Shown: positions 50,901-60,175 of the stretch, in pieces | How positions within the stretch are numbered: the stretch's first letter is position 1 | How the letters are laid out: every line of letters starts with the position of its first letter | DNA from: Chiloscyllium plagiosum | Lineage: Eukaryota | Assembly: GCF_004010195.1 (NCBI RefSeq) | Contig: NW_025215340.1 | Span: forward strand, 24,170-88,169 | Direction: 5' to 3' | DNA length: 64,000 nucleotides | Position numbers and translations under genes: made by a program | Notes under the pieces: generated by a model | Told to the model about the DNA's origin: nothing | Database searches by the model: none | The model's input: the letters and a program-made list of their open reading frames with translations, nothing else

Positions 50901-53567
50901 CCAACCAACCTTTCATGACCCTTTTTTGCCCTTCTAATTCTTGTTTAAGTCTTTCCTACTTTCTTTATATATTTCAAAGGCTTCATTGGTTCATTTTTCT
51001 TTCTGACCAAAGTCTTAACCGCCTTGGTCATCCAAGGTTCACCTAACTTGCTATACCTTTCCTTCATTCTTGCAGGAATGTAGAAAGTGACAGGTTATGG
51101 GGTGTCAGGAGGTAAGTCACTCACTGTAGGATTCCTAGTCTCTGACTTGTTCTGCTAGCAACTGTATTTATGAGAGATCAATTTCTGATCAATGGTAACT
51201 TCCAGAATGCTACTATCGAGGGATTCAAGATGGTAATATATGGGCACCATATCAAGGGATGACAGTTTGATTCTCTCTTGTTGAAAATGTTAATTTCTTG
51301 ACACGTAGGAGAAAGTAAGAACTGCAGTTGCTGGAGTTCAGAGTCAAAGTGTGGTGCTGGAAAAGCACAGCCAGTCAGGCAGCATCAGAGTCAACGTTTC
51401 AGACTAGCCCAAGTCCATTAGCAATCAGATACTCTATCATTAAGGAAATTCTGTATTGTTAAAGGTGAAAAATTAATACAAAAGGTATTATGATACTTTT
51501 TTTAAAAAAACGGAAGACCATATTAAATTCTTGCAGTGTCCTGCCCAAAACCGATACCCAGCCAACATCAGTGAAATAAATTTGGACAGGCCCTTTGGTG
51601 CTCGAGGTTGTGCCGACGTGTGAACTGATCTAAGCCCATCACCCTATCATCATCCATATGCTTATCTAAGGACTGTTTAAATGCCCCTAATGTGGATGAG
51701 TTAACTACATTGGCAGGCAGGGCATTTCACGCCCTTACCACTCTGAGTAAAGAACCTGCCTCTGACTTAAATGTATCACCCCTCAAATTGCAGCTATGCC
51801 CCTCCTTCAAGCAGATGTCATCATCCTTGGAAAAAAAGACTCTCATTGTCCACCATATCTAATCTTTTAATCATCTTCTATGTCTCTACTAAATCCCCTC
51901 TTAGCCTTCTTCTTTCCAATGAGAACAGACCCAAGTCCTTCAGCCTTTCCTCATAAGAGCTTCCCTCCAGACCAGGCAACATCCTGGTAAATCTCCTCTG
52001 CACCTTTTCCGATGCTTCCACATCCTTCCTGTAATGGGGCGACCAGAACTGCACACAATACTCCAAGTGAGGTCGCACTAGTGTTTTGTATAGTTGAAGC
52101 ATAACATCATGGCTCCAGTCCTCAATTCCTCTACCAATAAAATTGAACACACCGTATGCTTTCTTAATAGCACTAGCAACCTGGGTGACAATTTTCAGGG
52201 ATCTAGATACATGGACACAAAATCCCTCTGCAAGTCCACACTACCAAGAATCTTTTCATTGACCCAGTATTCTGCCTTCCTGTTATTCTTCCCAAAGTGA
52301 ATCACCTCACATTTTTCTGCATTGAACTCCATTTGCCATCTCTCAGCCCAATTCTGCAATTTATCCAAGACCCCCTGCAAGCTGCAACATTCTTCCACAC
52401 TGTCCACCACTCCACTTTCGTATCATCTGCAAATTTACTAACTCACCCACCTATGCCTGCGTTCAAGTTGTTTATAAAAATGCCAAACAGCAATAGTCCC
52501 AAAACAGATCCTAGTGACACACCACTAGTAATCGGACTCTAGGCTGAAAATTTTCCATCAACCACCCCTCGTTGCCTTCTTACAGAATGCCAGTTTCTAA
52601 TCCAAACTGCTAAATCACCTTCAATCCCATGCCTCTGCATTTTCACCAGTAGCCTACCATGTGGAACCTTAAATGTATGTGGAACCTTAAATTAATGTAG
52701 TGGACATGAAGTCCATGTCCACTAAATTAATTGCCTTACTTTCATTTACATGCTTGGTCACCTTCTCAAAAAACTCAATGAGGTTTGAGAGACACAACCT
52801 ACCCTTGACAAATCTATGTTGACTATTTCCAATAAAATTGTTGCTTGCTTGATGATTATAAATCCTCTCTTATAATCCTTTCCGAAACCTTTCCTACAAC
52901 AGACATAAGGCTCACTGGTCTATAATTACCTGGGACATCTCTTTTGCCCTTGTTGAACAAGGACACAACATCTGCAATCCTCCAGTCTTCTGGTACAAAA
53001 TGTGTAGACAATGACGACTCAAAGATCAAGGCCAAAATCTCCGCCAGCTCCTCCCTGGTTTGCCAGAGAATTTTCAGAAAAAACACATCTGACCCAGGGG
53101 ACGTATCTATTTTCACACCTTCTAGAATTGATAACACCTGTTCCTTAATAACCTCAATCCTTTCACGGCCCATAGCCCAAATCTCAGTTTTCTCCTCCAC
53201 AATTATCTGGTCTTTTTTTTCACTTATGCCAATACATTGGATACAAAACAAGAAATAATATGTTCGACTGAAAGGAATGACCAAACAAAACAAAACATTG
53301 CTGGATTTCTAGAAAGTTTATGGGAAAGCAGTTCCCTAACTGTTCACATGTGAAGTAATAAAATTAGAATTCATTTGAAAAGTTAGCTAAAACGATTACA
53401 ATAAAATTACAAAAGGTTGCAAAAATGCTTTGAACAGTTAGCACACAAATCATTGATGACATTATTTACCGTGTGTCTGTATCTTCCACTGGAAATTTAT
53501 CAACCACATTAATTATGTCCAAACAAACTAAGCCAACACAAAGGATCTGCTTCTTTTTCGTTGCCAT
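8903..53567 (-). CDS. KHK: Ketohexokinase (fructokinase), spliced gene, 8 coding exons, 299 aa
   Basis: Manually spliced exons (98+117+135+73+147+89+155+86 = 900 nt) give an open frame: [299 protein letters not shown]. It has the PfkB motifs GGNASN and DTLGAGD, and is collinear with human KHK as recalled. Confidence 0.97.
9332..9486 (-). CDS. KHK: KHK coding exon 7 (155 nt), contains the catalytic GAGD motif
   Basis: cctttag|T GCC TAC...AAT G|gtaggt; encodes [51 protein letters not shown]. Lies within ORF 9252..9497. Confidence 0.97.
10585..10778. mobile_element. Palindromic Penelope-derived short element with TSD
   Basis: 68-bp inverted arms at 10623-10690 and 10711-10778. Flanked by atttc(c/t)atttctct at 10571-10584 and 10778-10791. 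Matches the 3' end of the Penelope element at 40331-40424. Confidence 0.8.
11698..11786 (-). CDS. KHK: KHK coding exon 6 (89 nt)
   Basis: gccttag|GTT TTC...CCA GG|gtaagt; encodes [29 protein letters not shown](G). Confidence 0.96.
12515..12661 (-). CDS. KHK: KHK coding exon 5 (147 nt)
   Basis: gtctag|GGC CGA AAT...GAC TTC|gtatgt; encodes [49 protein letters not shown]. Overlaps ORF 12452..12634. Confidence 0.96.
12805..13925 (-). mobile_element. CR1-like LINE 3' fragment
   Basis: atagaatcata tail on +, followed by reverse-complement 3' UTR and RT end (ggtgaccaaaactgtacacaatac, ccctgtggcacaccactagtcacag). Confidence 0.8.
14236..14637 (-). mobile_element. V-SINE/HE1-like SINE with a nested Penelope-derived short insert
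   Basis: ttagattagatt tail and V-domain remnants. Insert at about 14478-14587, flanked by duplicated ccctggtgctgtga. Confidence 0.8.
17240..19708 (+). mobile_element. Degenerate gypsy LTR retrotransposon (RT-RH-INT) with 3' LTR at 19509-19708
   Basis: RT ([26 protein letters not shown]), RNase H ([22 protein letters not shown]) and integrase ([35 protein letters not shown]) remnants. Purine-rich tract at about 19488, then a TG...CA LTR. Confidence 0.8.
19958..22122 (-). mobile_element. Young CR1 LINE (ORF2 RT) spanning an assembly gap
   Basis: (atagaac)n tail at 19958. ORFs 20039..20497 and 20501..21853 carry [24 protein letters not shown] and [17 protein letters not shown]. Confidence 0.92.
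20669..21668. other. Assembly gap (1000 N)
   Basis: Run of N inside a CR1 copy. Confidence 1.
22472..22732 (+). mobile_element. V-SINE/HE1-like SINE, 5'-truncated
   Basis: Clean V-domain gtgtggagtttgcacgttctccccgtgtctgcgtgggtttcctccgggtgctccggtttcctcccacag and (aatct)n tail. Near-identical copy at 41918-42156. Confidence 0.9.
23704..24602. mobile_element. Palindromic Penelope-like element (GIY-YIG endonuclease 3' ends in inverted orientation), 10-bp TSD
   Basis: ORF 23846..24136(-) [30 protein letters not shown] is a degenerate GIY-YIG motif. Arms at about 23705-24045 and 24170-24545 are inverted copies. TSD ccactactta at 23694-23703 and 24603-24612. Confidence 0.88.
24614..24686 (-). CDS. 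KHK: KHK coding exon 4 (73 nt)
   Basis: gtgtttag|G AAT TTA...TGG GAG|gtaagt; encodes [24 protein letters not shown]. Confidence 0.95.
24985..25232 (+). mobile_element. CR1 LINE 3' terminal fragment
   Basis: acgcagagggtggtacgtgtatggaatgagctgccagagg...gaagggtctgtttccatgctgta, ending in a (tctatgac)n tail. Confidence 0.88.
25857..26545 (+). mobile_element. Penelope-derived element with inverted 5' arm and hammerhead-like motif
   Basis: Inverted arms at about 25860-26000 and 26012-26141. CAC-CTGATGA-AGGAGC-AGC-GCTCC-aAAAGCTA-GTG at about 26457-26491. TSD aagaaacttca at 25846-25856 and 26546-26556. Confidence 0.7.
27420..27730 (+). mobile_element. V-SINE/HE1-like SINE, degenerate
   Basis: ggtggctctgtggtcagtactg head, V-domain remnant and ttccacactgtagggatt end. 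Confidence 0.75.
27850..29490 (+). mobile_element. CR1 LINE RT and 3' end with a nested V-SINE (28045-28350)
   Basis: ORFs 27763..27990 ([21 protein letters not shown]), 28441..28785 ([18 protein letters not shown]) and 28902..29222. Confidence 0.9.
30038..30141 (+). mobile_element. Partial gypsy LTR, same family as 19509-19708
   Basis: tctgagagctggctctgagg...ccagcctctgtggagttatttca is shared with 19622-19708 and 33560-33676. Confidence 0.7.
30190..31612 (+). mobile_element. Old CR1 LINE, internally deleted
   Basis: ORFs 30354..30566 ([20 protein letters not shown]) and 31053..31312 ([17 protein letters not shown]). Confidence 0.85.
31755..32075 (-). mobile_element. V-SINE/HE1-like SINE
   Basis: ccctacagtgtgg...tgcaaactccacac...gtgctaaccactgag. 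Further copies at about 6480-6665, 45285-45610, 54720-55008 and 56643-57100. Confidence 0.8.
32655..32789 (-). CDS. KHK: KHK coding exon 3 (135 nt), KHK-C (exon 3c)-like
   Basis: ggcaaag|T TTC ATA...GAC AT|gtaag; encodes [44 protein letters not shown]. Shares DF..RG, WQ and TPS.CCI.N with human exon 3c ([44 protein letters not shown], from memory). Confidence 0.93.
33399..34040 (+). mobile_element. Gypsy 5' LTR (33399-33676) and start of gag, degenerate
   Basis: TG...CA LTR homologous to 19509-19708 (caggtgga...catagaatatga.ttccct). Followed by a decayed PBS-like sequence and gag-like [20 protein letters not shown] and [19 protein letters not shown]. Confidence 0.75.
35493..35781. mobile_element. 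CR1 fragment (+, 35493-35570) joined to a Penelope 3' end (-, 35571-35781)
   Basis: [27 protein letters not shown] CR1 sequence, then the reverse complement of about 40210-40424. Confidence 0.8.
35782..37780. repeat. Tandem array, 110-bp unit, about 18.2 copies, nearly invariant
   Basis: Unit ccgctctctgctgtgaaaagaccgttggcgttgaggtaagttctttatatatcaatcacttaccttcccgaccagctctgcgctccaacctcacttccgcccagctcgcg. The only substitutions seen are at 37652 and 37683. Confidence 0.98.
39645..40424 (+). mobile_element. Penelope-like retroelement, 5'-truncated and internally deleted, with TSD
   Basis: Translates to [79 protein letters not shown] (Penelope RT thumb region), then [21 protein letters not shown] (endonuclease C-terminus). 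TSD accagtacta at 39635-39644 and 40425-40434. Confidence 0.9.
40331..40366 (+). ncRNA. Minimal type I hammerhead ribozyme motif in the Penelope 3' end
   Basis: attc-CTGAAGA-a-GGGC-ttat-GCCC-GAAAC-GTC-gatt. It has the conserved CUGANGA and GAAA core, a 4-bp stem II, a palindromic ACGU helix III, a GUC cleavage triplet and a weak stem I. Confidence 0.65.
41918..42156 (+). mobile_element. V-SINE/HE1-like SINE, 5'-truncated, young
   Basis: Near-identical to 22500-22732; (aatct)n tail. Confidence 0.9.
42290..43340 (-). mobile_element. CR1-like LINE 3' fragment
   Basis: ggagtaggccatttggcc 3' end and reverse-complement RT remnants (ggagaccaaaactgc, ggggtcccagcactgattcctacaggaccccac). Confidence 0.75.
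44150..44680 (-). mobile_element. CR1 LINE apurinic-like endonuclease fragment
   Basis: ORF 44173..44475: IKQEIRD...[12 protein letters not shown]...[28 protein letters not shown], a decayed GDFN...FL.Q.V..PTR...LD motif set. Confidence 0.75.
47750..47866 (-). CDS. KHK: KHK coding exon 2 (117 nt)
   Basis: tttttag|A TGT CTG...TCA GA|gtaagt; encodes [38 protein letters not shown](D). Confidence 0.96.
47883..50580 (+). mobile_element. Nested CR1 LINE copies: an older fragmented copy with a younger copy at about 48655-50362
   Basis: ORF 49411..50244 ([40 protein letters not shown]). Upstream segments are duplicated (47883-48310 resembles 48955-49330). Contains the N gap 49772-50005. Confidence 0.88.
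49772..50005. other. Assembly gap (234 N)
   Basis: Run of N inside CR1. Confidence 1.
50580..50870 (-). mobile_element. Penelope-like element 3' fragment
   Basis: The reverse complement resembles 40040-40200 (ctggaggaagaatgcctcattttc, atagacttcaccagtttcctcatttcccct). Confidence 0.7.
51590..53205 (-). mobile_element. CR1 LINE ORF2 RT and 3' end
   Basis: ORFs 52856..53293 ([21 protein letters not shown]), 52195..52410 ([20 protein letters not shown]) and 51878..52150 ([18 protein letters not shown]). Confidence 0.92.
53470..53567 (-). CDS. KHK: KHK coding exon 1 (98 nt)
   Basis: ATG at 53567; encodes [32 protein letters not shown](R). Donor CG|gtaaat, phase 2. Preceded by acceptor-like ttgtcattacag|A. 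Confidence 0.95.
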
Positions 53568-53702
53568 TCTGTAATGACAATATTGTTCCATATGTTATTA
53601 ATTGACACATTATACAAGTAAAGTTTTGCAGAGCAATCACTGGTAACCCAAAATCACAACACAGCATTTATCATGATATAAAATGAGTCAATATTTCAGT
53701 AG

Positions 53703-54272
53703 TTCAAAGTTTGGGTGAAGATTTGTAGCTCGGGTGCTCGTTGTTGTGGTTCTGTTCGCCAAGCTGGAAATTTTTGTTGCAAATGTTTCATCCCCTGTCT
53801 AGGTGACATCCTCAATGCTTGGGAGCCTCCTGTGAAGCACTTCTGTAGTGTTTCCTCCAGCATTTATAGTGGCCTGTCCCTGCCACTTCCGGTTGTCAGT
53901 TTCAGCTGTCCGCTGTAGTGGCCTGTACATTGGGTCCAGGTCGATGTGTTTGTTGATGGAGTTTGTGGATGAGTGCCATTTCTTTGTTTGGCTTGCCCTA
54001 TAATGGTAGTGTTGTCCCAGTCGAATTCATGTCGAATTGGCACTCATCCACAAACTCCATCAACAAACACATCGACCTGGACCCAATATACCGGCCACTA
54101 CCGCGGACAGCTGAAACTGACAACCGGAAGCGGCAGGGACAGGCCACTATAAATGCCGGAGGAAACACCACAGAAGCGCTTCACAGGAGGCTCCCAAGCA
54201 CGGAGGATGTCACCTACACAGGGGACGAAACGTTTGCAACAAAAATTTCCAGCTCGGTGAACAGAACCACAA
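53703..54272. mobile_element. Palindromic Penelope-derived element with 14-bp TSD and a hammerhead-like motif in each arm
   Basis: Arms of about 240 bp at 53740-53978 and 54038-54275 are highly similar inverted repeats. TSD caatatttcagtag at 53689-53702 and 54273-54286. The right arm encodes WHSSTNSINKHIDLDPIYRPL, typical of a Penelope ORF end. Confidence 0.88.
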
Positions 54273-55599
54273 CAATATTTCAGTAGGTACTCTTGCATTT
54301 TCAAAAGTTTCTGCTTGAAGCCAAATCACAAAGGCTTGCTGTGTCATAAGGTCAATTGTTATTTTTTTGTGGAAACAATGCTTAATTTAAAAATATACTG
54401 CCTTTACAAAATAACAAACTTTTTCTCACATGCAAATAGAACAGCAATGAGAGTGGATCACAAATACAGCTCGCATGTGACTTTGTTACAATGAAGAATA
54501 ATGCATATTCCTAATCTGTACTTTCGCTTTGAATTTTCTTTTCACCCACGCAACAGAGGACAGCTTTGATGGCTAGGCCAGCATTTATTGTCCATTTTTA
54601 ATTGACCAGATGGCAGTTAAGAGACACCCACAAAGCTATGAGTCTGGTGTCACATGTAGGCCAGACCAAGTAAGAATGGCAGTTTCCTCCCGGAAAGGAC
54701 ATTAATGAACCAGTTAGATGGATTAGATTCCCTACAGTGTGGAGACTGGCCCTTCGGCCCAACAAGTCCACAGTGACCCTCCGAAGAGTAACCCACTCAG
54801 ACCCATCTCCCTCTGACTAATGAACCTAATACTATGGGCAATTTAGCACAGCCAATTCACAATTCATCTTTGTGACTGTGGGAGTAAACCCATGCAGACA
54901 CGTGGAGAATGTGCAAACTCCACACAGTCAGTCACCCAAGGCTGGGATCAAACCTGGGACCCTGGTTCTGTGAGGCAGCAGTGATCACTGAGCCACCGTG
55001 CCATCCCAGTTAGGGTCTTTTTTTCTGACACTTGACATGTTAGGCTCTTAATTCAATCTTTTTATAAGATTCAAACTTCATCTTAGACTCATCATTCAAT
55101 CATTAGACTCTTAACTGCAGGCTTTTTAAAATTGAATTCAAATTTCACCATAGGCTTTTGTGCTACTCAAACCAATTTCTCCAGAAAGTTATCTGAATTT
55201 CTGGATAACAGCCCAGCGATAATAGACATCACCTCCCACAGTTAGTTTACCAAGCAGTAATTATAACATCTGTGTTTGAGTAAGAGACACTCTCCTCAAG
55301 AATATGCTTCTTGTCTTCCAGCAATTCATTCACATAAACGCTAAGCAACTCATAGCATCAGATAGTCCTTTTTCATGAGACGTCAGCATCACTGACAAGG
55401 CTAGCATTTGTTGCTCAACCCTAAATTGCCCTTAAGAATTTAGTGGCAAATTGTCTTCTTGGACTACTGAAGTCATCTTGTTATGGTATTCCCACAGTAC
55501 CATTAGGTTCTTCAACTCCGTGAGGGTTCAACAATGACATTTCTAGTCACAATGGTGTGGCCTGAAGGGAACTTAGAGATTTGCTGAGATACAGTGAAA

Positions 55600-57260
55600 A
55601 GTATTGCTTTGTGTGCTATCCAGGCAAATCATACCATACATAAGTACAGCAGGGCAATGGAACAAAACAAAATGTCATGCTACAAATACAGAGAAGGTGC
55701 AGAGAAAGATCAACTTTTATATATATTCAAAAGTCTGATAACAGCAGGGAAGAGACTGTTTTTTAAATCTGTTGTTATATTGTCAAACCTTTGTGTCTTC
55801 TGCCCAATGGAAGAGAGTGGAAGAGAGTGTAACCAAGGTGGAAGGGTTTTTTTTTAGATTAGATTACACAGTGTGGAAACAGGCCCTTTGGCCCAACAAG
55901 TCCACCGACCCACCGAAGCGCAACCCACCCATACCCCTACATTTACCCCTTATTACCTAACACTAAGGGCAATTTAGCATGGCCAATTACTGTTTTTTAA
56001 ATCTGTTGTTATATTGTCAAACCTTTGTGTCTTCTGCCCAATGGAAGAGAGTGTAACCAAGGTGGAAGGGGTCTATGAATTTGTTGGCTATTTTCCTGAG
56101 GCAGGGGAAAGTATTGATGGCTAGTTTATATAATGGACTTGGTTGTGTTCTCAATTCTACATAATTTCTCGTGGTCTTGGACAGAGCATTTTCCATACCA
56201 AGCTGTGATACATTAGGATAGGATGCTTTCTATGGTGCACCTATAAAAATTGGTAAGAGTCATGGTGGGCATACCAAATTTCCTGAGCTTTGAAGAGGTA
56301 CAGGCATTGGGGGGTACTTTCTTAACTGTAGGATCTGTGTGGATAGATCAGAATGTTGGTGATATTTAATCCTGGAAACTTGACGCTCTCAACCATCTCC
56401 ATTGAAAGAGTCAGGGTTGTATCCTCCATTCCACTTCCTGAAGTCAATCACCAGCTCCTTCATTTTCCTGACATTGAGAGAGATGTTAGCTTTACACCAT
56501 ACCATTAAGCTGACTTTTTTTTTCCGTACTCTGTCTCATCATTATTTAAGATCTGACCCTCTACATCAATATTGTCAGCAAACTTGTAAATGGTGTTATA
56601 GCAGACTTTGGCCACAATTGAGAATGTATAAGGAGTATGAGATGGCACTGTGGATCAGTACCTCACACTGCTGCCTCACAGCTCCAGCCTCAATCTCCCT
56701 ACGTCTGTGTGGGTTTCCCTCGGGTGCTCCAGTTTCTTCCCATGGTCCAGAGATGTGCAGGTTATGTGGACTGGCCATGCTAAATTGCCCATTATATCCA
56801 GGCTAGGTGCATTAGTCATGGGAGATGCAGGGTTACAGAGATAGAGTAGAAGGATAGTTCTGAATGGGATGCCCATTGTTGTGTCAATATCAACTTGATA
56901 TGCTGAATGGAGAAAGTGAGGACTGCAGATGCTGGAGATCGGAGCTTAAAAATGTGTTGCTGGAAAAGCGCAGCAGGTCAGGCAACCATTCCTGAAAAAG
57001 GGCTTATGCCCGAAACGTCGATTCTCCTTCTCCTTTGATGCTGCCTGACCTGCTTGATAGGCTGAATGTCTTACTTCCATGCTGCAGGAATTCTATAATA
57101 TATTAAGGGCATAAGTACAGCCTTGTGGGTCACTGGTATTGAGGATCATAGTGGAGGAGGTTTTGTCACCTATCGTTACTGACATGGTTCATGAGTCATG
57201 AATTCAAGGATCCAGTTGCAGAAGGGGTGCAGAGTCCGAGGTCTCAGTTTGGAGTTGAGA
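55600..57260 (-). mobile_element. Degenerate non-CR1 LINE fragment (possibly Rex1/Babar-like), interrupted by SINE and Penelope-derived inserts
   Basis: Reverse-complement RT remnants (ttcctgaagtcaatcaccagctcc, gtcagcaaacttgtaaatgg, gaattcaaggatccagttgcagaag). The clade assignment is tentative. Confidence 0.5.
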
Positions 57261-57699
57261 TGAAGGTACTTCTACATGCTTGCTCTCCATGTTCCATTTG
57301 GTAGAATTTACAGGTTTGGAAAGTGCCGAGAAAGAAACCTTGTTAAATTTCTGCAGTGTAGATACCCACTGCTACCACTGTACATTAGTGAAGGGAGTGA
57401 ATGTTTAAGGTAATGGAGCAATTCCCGATGAAGAGCTTATACTCAAAATGTCAACTCTCCTGCTCCTCAGATGCTGCCTGACTGGCTGTGCTTTTGCAGC
57501 ACCAAACTTTTCAAGGGTAATGTAGCAAATTCCAAGCATGCAGATTACTTTATCCTGTATGAGTATTGTAGAAGCCACAAGCAGAGAATTGGTGTGTATT
57601 CAACACTCCTAACTTGTATATAGTAGATGGTCAACAGGCTGTAGGGAGTCAGAAAATGTGTTATTTGCCTCTGAATTCCCAGTCTCTGACCCAAGAATG

Positions 57700-58325
57700 T
57701 GTGAATTAGGAATGGGAGTAGGCCATTTGCTCTGCCATTTAATAAGATCATGGCTGATCTGATTATTCCACATTCCCAACTTCCTGCAAAAACTTTTCAC
57801 TCATTTGGTTATTTAAAATCTATCAATGCCTGCCTTAAAAAGATGAAAAGGATCTGGTTCTAACACTTTTGAGGAAGTGTTCCAAAGACTCAAATCTCTG
57901 GAGAAAAAAATTCTCATTTCCATTAAACAGATGGCAACTCCTGCCTTTTAAACAGTGACCCCTACTTCTAGAAACTTCCATGAGAGGAAACATGTTTTTC
58001 CATTAATATTCCACAGAAGCTTACATTTCACTTCTTACTCTTCTAAACCCCAGTGGATAGCTGAGGCTATCCAACTTTTCATCATAACACAGCTAGCCCA
58101 TTCGTGGTATTTGTCTCATAAACCTTCTCTGAACTGCTTCTACTACATACACTGTTAAATAAGGAGACAAATAGTATACACAGTTCTTCTGACATGGTCT
58201 CACCACTGACCTATTTAGCGGAAGCACAACTTCCCTACCTCTGCATTCAATTTCATTTGCAATTATTGATAACATTCTATTAACTCTCCTAATGACTTTT
58301 TTTTTAAAAACTTGCATACAAACTT
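57700..58325 (-). mobile_element. Old CR1-like LINE 3' fragment
   Basis: ORF 58093..58317 (IECRGREVVLPLNRSVVRP...YLSPYL...EAVQRRFMRQIP); ggagtaggccatt 3' end. Confidence 0.75.
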
Positions 58326-59637
58326 TCTATGATACCTGGGATGCAGTTTGGTTCAACCCATGAACTGGGCTATGTGACAGCTTACAATGATCTTTGCTGG
58401 TGAGGCCCTAGATCCAGCACTGAAATGCAGAAGCATCTTGTAAGTGGAGCGAAGAGGCATTATAAAGGTTCTTAGAAGCTGGCACATGTTAGATGTTAAT
58501 GTCCATGGGGTTACGTGCGGCCAGTGCCCATGAAATATGCTCTGAGAGGTTAGTGCCCTATTTCCAACATGTATTTGTTTGGAGAAAGTGAGGATCTGAA
58601 ACTTCCAGGTGTTCACTCTGGTGTCCTTGTCAGGTTTTCATTGGAGAACTCGTTTAAGTTCAGTGAGATGAGAACTGACCATTGATGAGGCACGTTATAT
58701 TACTTGCAAGGTGGTTAACAAGCAATAATCCCTATTAAACAGCATCTCACCATTGCCGAGCAAGAATTCGTGCCTTGCCAAGAATGAAAACCTTAAAAGA
58801 TGGCATGAGGTACTCCTGCTTTCGGGCTTGTCACTTGATTCTGCCACAAATCTTACCATAACTTCTGTCACTTCCACAACTATAAGACTAAGTTGTCTAT
58901 CCAGTTTTACATCTTTTTTCACTTTTCTGTAGCAGTTTGGTACAAAGTGGCTAAATTGTCTATTTTAGATGGCAGTTAAGAATGAACCACATGGCTGAGA
59001 GTTTGGTGTTACATATAGGCCATGCCAGGGGAGGACAGCAAATTTCCTTCCTGAAAAACTCTATTAAACCAGATGGGTATTTACAAAAATCATTATTTCA
59101 TGTCAACATTACTGAGACTACCTTTTCATTTCAAAATTCTGAAAATTAAAATCTAAATTCCACCAGCTGCACTGGTTAACTCTGCACCCATGTCCTCATG
59201 ATATTAAACTGGACCTATATACTTTTACTGCTCTTATGAATTATCATTAGTGTTGTCCAGCACTGACTAAACATAAACCTCTTGTTCATTTAGACCATTC
59301 ATAATAGCAAATTCTGAACCCCATGAACATTAATGTGCTAAAAATTGTAGTTGTCCAATTTTACGCTTGTCCTCCTTGCTACCAAATACATTTTTAAACA
59401 ACAATTTGCATTAGCAATGCTGAATTGCTCCTTCCCACTTTGGTACATCACAGATTTGCAGAAAAATGTGATTACATTTTTTCAATAATGCCTGTACACA
59501 ATCTTCTCATAGAATTACTTCTCAAGCACTTGGTTGCGATAGTTTATTTTTTCTCTTTAACTCAAATGTCAAAAATACACCTAATTTTCCAATACATTTC
59601 CCATCTAAATGTATACTTGCTATTTTAGATTAGATTA

Positions 59638-60175
59638 TGTGAGAGGTAATTTCGGTTTAAACTTTAAGATGTGCCTGGACCACAGACTGATCTATATAAT
59701 GTTCTTTTCTAGAACATTTTATATACTCAAAAGTAGAATAGTTTAAATTGTGCAGAATGCTGACAATTTGTGAGCAGAGTAAAAACAAACAGGCCCTTGA
59801 TTGATGAAACCATTAACACAGGCAGGGAAGGACTGATAAGTGACTGATAAGACTCCAGGATAGGGAAACGACTCGAGAGACATCTGTTACAGATTAAAGT
59901 CTTTGACTGATAAGACTACAGGGTGAGAAAAACAACAAACTTTGGAGACTCTGGAGCCTTTTGTTGCAGACTTTGTGATAAAAATAATGATGTTTTTAAG
60001 AATGTGAACCTCATGGCGTGTTAGAGCCAAGGAGAGGAGGGACTTGTACTGTATATAATGGGAGACTTTGGAAGCCTCAGCGCGCCTTTTCTTCAAGGGT
60101 GCCCGACTCTGCAGACTTGACTTGTTAATAAAACTTTGTTTTCCTGAATTTGTCTAGAGCAATTATTGACTGACA
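59638..60175 (+). mobile_element. Putative retroviral/ERV-type LTR
   Basis: Starts with TG at 59638 and ends with CA at 60175. Repeated gactgataag (GATA) motifs at about 59831-59851 and 59905-59914, TATATAA at 60052-60058 and AATAAA at 60127-60132 fit a U3-R-U5 layout. No internal genes are visible. Confidence 0.6.
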
